Assembly: GCA_951406725.2 (NCBI GenBank)
Contig: OX597819.1
Location: 114,266,001 to 114,330,000, forward strand
Length of the DNA: 64,000 bases
Source: Octopus vulgaris
Taxonomy: Eukaryota
Direction: 5' to 3'
The notes beneath the pieces are model-generated. The model did not search any database. It was not told the DNA's origin and saw nothing but the letters and a program-made list of their open reading frames with translations. Shown here piece by piece: positions 55,215 through 64,000 of the stretch. A program made the translations under genes and the position numbers. Position 1 is the first letter of the stretch, and each line of letters opens with the position of its first letter.

Positions 55215-56112
55215 CAACAATTGAGGGTAAAATTAATTAATTAATCAATTTCACCAAGTATTCAGTATGCAAAGGGACCATTTAAGGCGAATTCAAATTA
55301 TTACATTATATAAAAGGGCTTAGTAAAATAAATTACTTTGCCGCATACTGAACTCATTAGAAATAGCAGCTAAAAAAACTTTTTTAAAACTATTTCCAAT
55401 ACTTAAAGAAAATCTCTCTCATATAGTGTTTGCTCAATTCAACTCACGAAAGTATGGGGGTAGAGACATTAAAAAATCAAATGCAAAGGTTATTTGAGAA
55501 CGTACGTTTCAAGATTAGTCAAACTCGACACTTCTATCATCAGCTCAGAACTCTCTGGTTTGGATTTGAAAACACTGAAAGTGGGAGCATACCCTTTCGG
55601 CTTCCCATCGCTTCTGAAGATCCACTCGAAACTAACAGTGCCAGCAAATTCAAATATGCAAGCGAAGAATTTCTGCTCTCCCCTTTCCACCAGCGTGGGT
55701 TAAAATCAGCAAACACCATGCTTTTTTTCGGTAAAATCCGAGGCATTAAATAGAGAGAGATGAATTATAATTTCAACAATTGAGGGTAAAATTAATTAAT
55801 TAATCAATTTCACCAAGTATTCAGTATGCAAAGGGACCATTTAAGGCGAATTCAAATTATTACATTATATAAAAGGGCTTAGTAAAATAAATTACTTTGC
55901 CGCATACTGAACTCATTAGAAATAGCAGCTAAAAAAACTTTTTTAAAACTATTTCCAATACTTAAAGAAAATCTCTCTCATATAGTGTTTGCTCAATTCA
56001 ACTCACGAAAGTATGGGGGTAGAGACATTAAAAAATCAAATGCAAAGGTTATTTGAGAACGTACGTTTCAAGATTAGTCAAACTCGACACTTCTATTAGT
56101 CAAACTCGACAC

Positions 56113-56117
<5 letters not shown>
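55207..56117 (-). mobile_element. Partial tandem (1.6 units, 559-bp period) hammerhead-bearing element, retrozyme/Penelope pLTR-like
   Basis: 55207-55536 is repeated at 55766-56095; (TA)n on both sides; contains a hammerhead core. Confidence 0.75.
55495..55547 (-). ncRNA. Minimal type-I hammerhead ribozyme (predicted)
   Basis: UGAG-CUGAUGA-[UAGAAGUGUCGAGUUUGACUAAUCUU]-GAAAC-GUAC-GUU-CUCA: intact core, stem I UGAG/CUCA, palindromic loop III. Confidence 0.7.
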
Positions 56118-56195
<78 letters not shown>

Positions 56196-56271
56196 TGTAT
56201 GTATGTATATCGCCATGATAGATCGTTAGCCACTACACACATTTTTTTCTCTCCTTGTTTTTTCTGTGTCC

Positions 56272-56307
56272 CTTTCTGTAGAAGAGCGTAGGCTCGAAAC
56301 GTAAAAG
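56272..56307 (+). ncRNA. Variant minimal hammerhead-like motif in a (TA)n-flanked element (56210-56400)
   Basis: CUUU-CUGUAGA-A-GAGC-GUAG-GCUC-GAAAC-GU-A-AAAG; the core has A6U. Confidence 0.45.
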
Positions 56308-56397
56308 ACTTTTTCTATTCCTGAGCGTTATACTAATACATCTGTTTGTTTTGTACACCACCTGTCTTCGTCTTTTGTTTTTTTTTTCGTAAACTCT

Positions 56398-56468
<71 letters not shown>

Positions 56469-56534
56469 ATTGACTAATTTGTCTACACGCTAGGCCACTA
56501 GTAGTATAAATTTCGAAAATCTTTATTACCCTGA

Positions 56535-57508
56535 TAAAGCCCTGCAAAGGTTCATCAACTGTTTTGAGCAAGCATGTAGCGACTTTGGCTTAGTTATCAG
56601 CCTCAAGAAGACCAACATCATGGATCAAGCTACATCGGACATCCCAAACATACATATTGGAGACCACAGACTACAGGAGGTGGAACAGTTTACCTATCTT
56701 GCTCTACCGTCACCTACAACCTATCCCCTGATGCCGAGCTCAACATACGCATTGGCAAGGCTGCTGCTGTGATGGCCAAACTCTCCAAACGGGCATGGGA
56801 CAACAACAAGCTGACCAAGACCACAAAAATGAAGATTTACCAGGCATGTGTACTTAGCATGGAAGTGAGACTTGGACGCCGTACACACGCCAAGAGCGTC
56901 GCCTAAATATCTTTCACCTGCGCTGCCTCCGGAAAATCCCTGGCATCAAATGGCAGAATCATGTCACCAACAAAGATGTCCTCAAGCAAGCAGGAATACC
57001 AAGCATGATTGCACGCCTCACACAAAGACGTATGAGATGGCTTGGACATGTTAGCCGTATGGAAGATGGCAGAATCCCCAAGGACATACTCTACGGAGAG
57101 CTTGCTAGAGGCACTAGGTCTGTGGGAAGACCGTTCTTACGATACAAGGATGTTTGCAAAAGGGACATGAAGGCCTGTGGCATCAATATTAACAACTGGG
57201 AAGCAGTTGCCAGCAACCATGCAGATTGGCGACGTACCGTAAAAGAGGGAACACAAAGGAGTGACAGAGGGAGAGAGGAGAAATGAAAAGACAAGAAAAG
57301 ACGTCAACAAGAAACTATGACATTACAACCAGCCAGGCAAAGTCTTCGCTACATTTGCGGCACCTGCCAAAGGGAGTGTTTGTCCAAGATAGGACTACAC
57401 ATCCACAACAGGAAATGTATTAGGACATGAAATGTAAAAGCCGGACTAGATTATTTTATGCGCAACTCCATTATCTCCCGAGACAAAAAGGATGCCAACA
57501 ACAACAAC
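56535..57508 (+). mobile_element. RTE-clade LINE 3' part with (CAA)n tail
   Basis: FGLVISLKKTNIM, FTYL, RRMRWLGHVSRMEDGRIPKDILYGEL..GRPFLRYKDVCKRD. Confidence 0.9.
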
Positions 57509-57542
<34 letters not shown>

Positions 57543-58096
57543 GAGTGAGCGAGCAGAGCATGCCATCAAAGTGACACTGGGGTAAAATATACGAAGCCCA
57601 GTATACCCATCATGACTACCTGTCTGATAAGGGTACACCAGGCACATGCATCACAACCATATGTGCGCGACATGGTGATCTCATATCAAGATAAACAGCA
57701 CATAACCTTGCAGGTGGAGCCCAGTTAGAATTTTCTTCAGATCGAGTAACCCATCCCGCTCAAAAGGTCCCTGAATAAGGGTTGTTTAAGGACGTTGAAC
57801 GAAACACCCATGTTTCCAGAGGTGAATTATTCAAACCCCAAAGAATCCTACTCAACACATGGCTATGATGCTCCCCCACTACTTCTGCTCGTGATCAGAG
57901 ATGCACATATCGTCAGCCACTAAGGGACATGCTCAACTGGTTATGGTCAAACAACTGACAAGCAAATCTGTGGTATTGAGCAGAATATTTGCTGTAGCCC
58001 ATCTTTTATACCAAGACAAAACAATGTACATGATAACACTTCCAATCAGTTAAGATCAGAAGCCATGAGAGCCACTGCCTGGTACTGCATCAGGGC

Positions 58097-58098
<2 letters not shown>
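57543..58098 (-). mobile_element. Non-coding ~555-bp element inserted in (TTA)n
   Basis: (TTA)n on both sides; homologue at 18002-18553. Strand is assumed. Confidence 0.7.
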
Positions 58099-58151
<53 letters not shown>

Positions 58152-58512
58152 GTGGTAAGTAGCTTGCTTACCAACCACATAGTTCTGGGTTCAGTTCCAC
58201 TGCGTGACACCTTGGGCAAGTGTCTTCTACTATAGCCTCGGGCCGACCAAAGCCTTGTGAGTGGATTTGGTAGACGGAAACTGAAAGAAGCTCGTCGTAT
58301 ATATGTATATATATATATATGTGTGTGTGTCTGTGTTTGCCCCCCCCCCCACCAACATCGCTTGACAACCGATGCTGGTGTGTTTACATCCCCATTACTT
58401 AGCGATTCGGCAAAAGAGACCGATAGACTAAGCTTCCAAAGAATAAGTCGATTTGCTCGAGTAAAGGCGGTGCTCCAGCTTGGCCGCAGTCAAACGACTG
58501 AAACAAGTACAA

Positions 58513-58515
<3 letters not shown>
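58152..58515 (+). mobile_element. tRNA-derived SINE, family A (5'-truncated)
   Basis: Same family as 7338-7795. Confidence 0.8.
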
Positions 58516-58561
<46 letters not shown>

Positions 58562-58573
58562 AGGTAAAAGCAA

Positions 58574-58687
58574 AACCAAGGCAGAACGAGTATCTCAAGT
58601 AATTTAGAATAATTTAATTAAGGTAAGGTAAATCTCACCTTAGTTAAATTATTCTAAATCACTTGAGATGCTCGTTCTGCTTTGGTT
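58574..58687. repeat. 51-bp inverted repeat with a 12-nt loop
   Basis: Arms 58574-58624 and 58637-58687 differ at four positions. Confidence 0.9.
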
Positions 58688-58834
58688 GCTTTTTTTCTCT
58701 AATACAATATATACCTGCTATAACGGAACCCTAATGCAGATCCCTAGATCCAGCCTCACCTGTGAGCTTGGAACCTAGAGGACGACCAACTACAACACTG
58801 AGTCAGCGTACCTATTCTCATTATCTACCTATTG

Positions 58835-58908
<74 letters not shown>

Positions 58909-58912
58909 TTAT

Positions 58913-58971
<59 letters not shown>

Positions 58972-58981
58972 GTGCAAAACG

Positions 58982-59025
<44 letters not shown>

Positions 59026-60462
59026 GTGCAAAACGCCCCTCATCTAATGGACGGCGCTCAGTTGTCAAACATTCAAACCAAATTTTCTCAAAACAACTTG
59101 TCCGATCATCCCATAGGCCTCCCCTTTGAGAAACACGGATTTAACCTAAATTTGAGACACCAGCAAAAGAAGAAATAAAGATAGACTTTTTTCCAAAGAA
59201 AAACGATTTTATTCACACAAATATGCAACCGAAGAGTTTAAAGTACCAGTAATGATAAGGCTGTTGACTGGGAGAACACAAACATCAGTGTTTTCTTTTC
59301 ATTAAAAAATAATTAAGTATGCCTTTATTTCAATAAAATTTTTGGTTTTGTTAAACGAAGTTAAAGCATAAAAAAAAACTTCTTGAGAAACCAAATAGTC
59401 TTTCCTTCCTTCATGTCAAGTTTGAAGAAAATATCTCTTTTGCATCTTACTTTTTCGGTCTCTTAAATATACTGCATTTTGTGGCATTATTTCAAGCCAA
59501 CCGGCTTTTTTTGCGCAAACTGCACGGGCATTTTTCTCGCGTACGATTAGTATCGATAGCATTCTCGCATGGAATTGATTTTTGTAATTTTTTCAAGACT
59601 TATACACGCCCTGATACCGTCGGTATCTACATATCAAATTTTAGCGCAATCGGATGGAGGATTTTATTATATAAAATCCGTTCTATCTGTCTGTGTGTGT
59701 CCGCTAGGATCTCGGGCATCCTCCATCCGATTGTATATATATATATATATGCATGTATATATATTCATATTTAACCGCATACATACTTCGTTACGTGTAC
59801 TTATGCATAAATGACTAACCACATAAACAAATCAGAGAGGAGGCTTGTACTTGGACGCTCGAACTACTATAAATAGCAGCTAAATCTCCTAACTAGCAAC
59901 GTACCGCCTAGATGATATAGTTCAGGGTGCATTGTTTCTGGGAAACGAGATGGGATAGTCACAGCTAGAATGCTTTCGATCATAAGTCTACTCGATCAGG
60001 GCGTTATTTGGCCTTAGTAACGACATATGTGCACCTGAGCACTGTCTACAATAATTTCATTGTTATTATATCACATAGAGAGAAGTAAGCCAAAATTTTG
60101 TTGTTAGAGTTATTTGCCCATTGCATTTGCCATAACATAGAGAGAGAGGAAATGAGAAATATCATTTCCTCTCTCTATGTTAACAGTTATTCTCTCTAAC
60201 ACTCATCTTCTTCCTTTTCTCTAGTTTTATCCTTTTCTTTCTCTTGTTTTCTCACTCACTCTGTCTTCCTTTCCCCCTTCTCTCTCTCCCCACTGTCTCC
60301 GCCCCCACTTTAACCTCCACTGTATCTTCCTAGTCACCGTTTTAATTTGTTTATTTATTTCTAATTATTATGCTGTTATTTCGCAGTGTTAAAAATTCCG
60401 ATACTTGGCGTGAGTATATAATGTAAGAGGTGCGCCAGTTGAGTGTATTGGCGAAGTTAACG

Positions 60463-60996
60463 ATGGCCAGTACGACGGGGCCTTCTGGTTCCGTCGTTTC
60501 TCGGTCTCCTGCCAAGTCAGGCAATAAGACGATTCCACCGAGTCCTAAATATTCCGAATCAAGGAACCGACAGACAAACAAGAGTTCACCGAAGAAATCA
60601 AAGGAAGCTGCTTCTTCTTCTCATCGGAATTCCGATAACTTTTCTAGAAATGTAAATACCAACTCGAGTTCGAACCGCAATGATGTCACGAAAGAGCAAC
60701 GAATGCAAAATAAGAAAGGCAAAAAGACTGGCGATTCAAAAATAAAAATGAAATTTTTCAACTGCATGAAGTGTATGAAATCCTGGTTGTTTTGGTTGAG
60801 CATCATTGTTGCTGTAGTTGCTATTTTGTACAAGAAATCAATTGAGAAATTGAACTACGAAAATGCCAAGCAAGAACTTCTGGGCAGCGTAGGCGAGGCG
60901 GGACTGACGTTGTTCGACCAATATGACTTTGATGAAGACGGTTATTTGTCTTTAAATGAATTTATTCCGATTACCCATAGATTAATTGACGTCAGG
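60463..60996 (+). CDS. SELENON: Selenoprotein N, first coding exon
   Basis: ATG 60463, 178 codons, AGG|gtaagt donor. TM segment WLFWLSIIVAVVAILY, then LLGSVGEAGLTLFDQYDFDEDGYLSLNEFIPITHRL, which matches the SELENON EF-hand region ([32 protein letters not shown]). Confidence 0.88.
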
Positions 60997-62423
60997 GTAA
61001 GTAGAATATTATACCCTCCCTATACATCACGTACACTTAATTGAGCTCTCAGTACACACACATACACACACACTTTGTCTCATTCAAACACACAAAGAAT
61101 AAGGCTAGGCACGATACAACTTTAACGACGAATCTAAGTAAGACATTTAGATATTTAATCAACTGCCGGTAATAATGATGTCTTCTCAAATATCCAAGGT
61201 TGATAAAAGTTGCACTTATCTCTAAATTCAGTAGCATCATTAAACGTGATACTAATCTCTTAATCATCAGGTTGTGGGTTATATATAAAAAGCCTTAGCA
61301 TCAAACAAAATGTTTTGCGGTACTTTTTCTGGATCTTTATAGTGTGAGTTCAAATCACGTCTAGCCCAACTTTTCTTTTTTTTTTTTTAGGGTCGATAAA
61401 ATAAATATCGATCAAATACTGGAGACAATATAATTGGCTACCATCCTCCTATAATTTCTAGTTTGTGCCTATATTAGAAAGATTTTTTTAGCCTTGTAGT
61501 TTACGTGTGTGTGTGTGTGTGTATGACGGTAATATTGTTGATAATGAAGAGTAATTAACTGAAACTTATTTCAAATTTGATCTGAGGATTAAAACAACAG
61601 AAATATGAATGTTAACTCTGAAACTGTTGTGAGATTAAGGAGCATAGATATGTGTTCAAATCTTAATACAGATTACGTTTGTCGTTGTTTATTCTGAGCT
61701 CAGCACTACTCCAGTTGACTTAGAGTCAAAGATATTTCAGCTATGAATATACCATCTAGTTTTCAGGCATAGCTCATCTTGGAATACTCTCTTTAATGTA
61801 TTGTTACTTTTTTTTTAAGATAGTGGAGTCTGAAGAAAATTTGGCTGCTAGTTCTAGCAGTTCCAGTGACCATGTATAGCCTTCTTTGCTGCTTTACTAG
61901 CGATGATTACTGTGTGTGGCTAGCAGTAAAAAAAATCCTTAGTTCCCCCTATCCAATGTGTGTGTGTGTGTATTTTTAGATGATCACTTGAAGGATCTTG
62001 CCTTGCAAATTATTTGGTGACCTTGTTGGCGCTACCTAAAAAGCAGTCTGTAAAGTGGTTTAAGTCGGGAAGAGTATCTAGCTGTAGAAACTATGCCAAA
62101 GCAAGCAAGTAGAGTTTGGTGCAGTCTTCTGGTTTTCCAGCTCCTGTCAAACCACCCAACACATACCGGCATGGAAAACAGATGTTAATAGTGATGGTAA
62201 TGATGAAAATGTGATTTGGTATTATTTCTATGATAATAATGCTGATTAAAATTTCATTCATGTGGGAGATGCAAAATTAAATGGGGTAGATTTCATACCT
62301 TTCTCATGAATTTGATGAGTGAGCAGTAAAGAATTGGGAATAGAAATTATTCTATAGACTTTAGATAGAAACTTACCCTTACTCAATAAGGATATCACCT
62401 AATAAGGATACAAAATATATAGA

Positions 62424-62825
62424 GTTGTTGGCATCATTTCGTCTTGGGAGACAATGGAGTTGCGCATAAATTAATCAAGTCTGGTTTTTACATTTCATGT
62501 CCTCTCCAGTTTCCTCTCCAGTTTTGCGCAGGCCTGGGCTAGATGTAAGAAAATCCTAGGTAGCCCAATCATCAGGATTCCTTCCTCGACCTTGCTGACG
62601 TAGTCCAAAGGAGTGCAGAGCATTACATTTGGCACTAGCTTGGTTGCAGGAGCTGCCAGAAGAGTGTTGAGTCGAACACTAAACTGCCTACGGGGCTCCA
62701 CTCAGGATTTCTTTGAAGGTTGTCTCCTTCTGTAACCCTGGATAGGGGCCCATACTGGGTGCTGCCAGCCTAAGCCAGCTGAGCCTGGGACTCACATCAG
62801 ACAGGGTCATCACTCCCTGAAGTAG
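62424..62825 (-). mobile_element. Short non-autonomous RTE derivative (5' UTR-like part fused to the RTE 3' end)
   Basis: 62424-62500 is the reverse of the 57422-57505 RTE tail; the upstream part is GC-rich and non-coding. Confidence 0.55.
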
Positions 62826-64000
62826 TGAAGAAAATCGCTACCCACTACCTACATATAGAGTAAGGGTGTAGTCAATAAATAACTTGTGCTTATAGTATGA
62901 AGGTAGATGGACTAATGGTTACAGTGTTGCGCCTACAAGATCATGGTTTCAGTTCCTGGACTGAGCACTGCATTGTGTTCTCAACCAAAATTTCATGTTG
63001 CTTCAGTCCAGCTAGAAATTAGTAACCCTGTGATAGACAGGTGTTGGAAATGTTATGACCACAGAAATGAGTAACTGGCCCTATGAGTCCTAGGTCTTGC
63101 CATAGTACTTACTCCTAGAGAGATGAACAGAAAGTTGAGTTTTGTGGGACTTGAACACAGCATGGTAAAGAGTCTTAAGTAAATGCTCTTTGGCATTTTC
63201 CCCAGTGCTTTACTGATCTACCATTCACCATTATAGGTTTGTCATTAAAGCAGTAATATTTTCTAAATTAGATACAATGCTACAAATATATTTTTATGAG
63301 TGACAGAAGCAGGTTGGTTGATTGAATTGCCTCCAGTAACTATTTTATAGACTCCAGAAGGATGAAAGCCCAAAACATCCTTGATGGGATAAAGGAATGT
63401 AACTATCTAAATACCACTGGAGATTTTGTTTAGCAGCTCTACTGATTCTGCTGTCAACCTTTGCCAACATTGCAACAATAGTATGTTTTCTAAAATAGTC
63501 ACAAGATTAAGTATTTCAACGGAATCATGGCTGATTAAATTCGTTTTGTTGGTTTATTCAGAGGAGATGAACATGTAGCAGCCATGAATATTTTGTGGCA
63601 CTCATCCACTTCCAAGACTTCTGGAGGGAGAGGTGAAGAACTATAACTCTAAGATTATCCTTTGACTTGCTGGAGCCCTGAACCAAATATTTGCAATCTG
63701 GTGGAATTTGATAAAGATAACCAAAATCAATGTAGTGGTGTTAAACTGGTTGAAGGATTAAATCTATTGAGTTATACTTATTTTGTGAGGCCTATGAAAA
63801 CTAGGCAAAATTAATTTCTGTGATTTAAATTCAAACTTTAGTCCTTTAGTACTTAAACCAGTTATATCCATCCCAAATATTCTATCTGTTTTATGTTCAA
63901 ACTGGTCATGTCAAGCTTCTCACACTTACTCTACAATGTCACTGTAAAAATAAACAACCACATCATCAAAATCTTGACGCTACAAGATGATGCATGATTA

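Noticed and set aside
55540-55746. 68-aa minus-strand ORF inside the 559-bp repeat
   Set aside because: No recognisable domain, and all overlapping frames are similarly short.

Overview
AT-rich, microsatellite- and transposon-dense eukaryotic DNA. The repeat landscape (tRNA-derived SINEs, RTE/CR1/R4-Dong/Penelope retroelements, long (TA)n and (TTA)n runs) looks like an octopus genome; this is inferred, not looked up. Four host genes are supported by translation and splice sites: the last coding exon of a kelch-repeat protein (+, 4584-5004); three exons of a TWIK/KCNK1-like two-pore K+ channel (+, 20215-27367) whose first coding exon I could not find; a complete two-exon MAD2L1BP/p31comet gene (-, 47589-44573, 274 aa); and exon 1 of selenoprotein N (+, 60463-60996). 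Most ORF-track calls are microsatellite or TE read-through. The most interesting non-genic signals are: (1) a 559-bp direct-repeat element in (TA)n carrying a minimal type-I hammerhead ribozyme (retrozyme/Penelope-like), plus two unrelated (TA)n-embedded elements with similar cores; (2) a set of (TAA)n-targeting retroelements, including a non-coding 555-bp family; (3) an RTE LINE with a twin-priming-type 5' inversion; (4) several long hairpins. All alignments and folds were done by eye, and TE boundaries are approximate.
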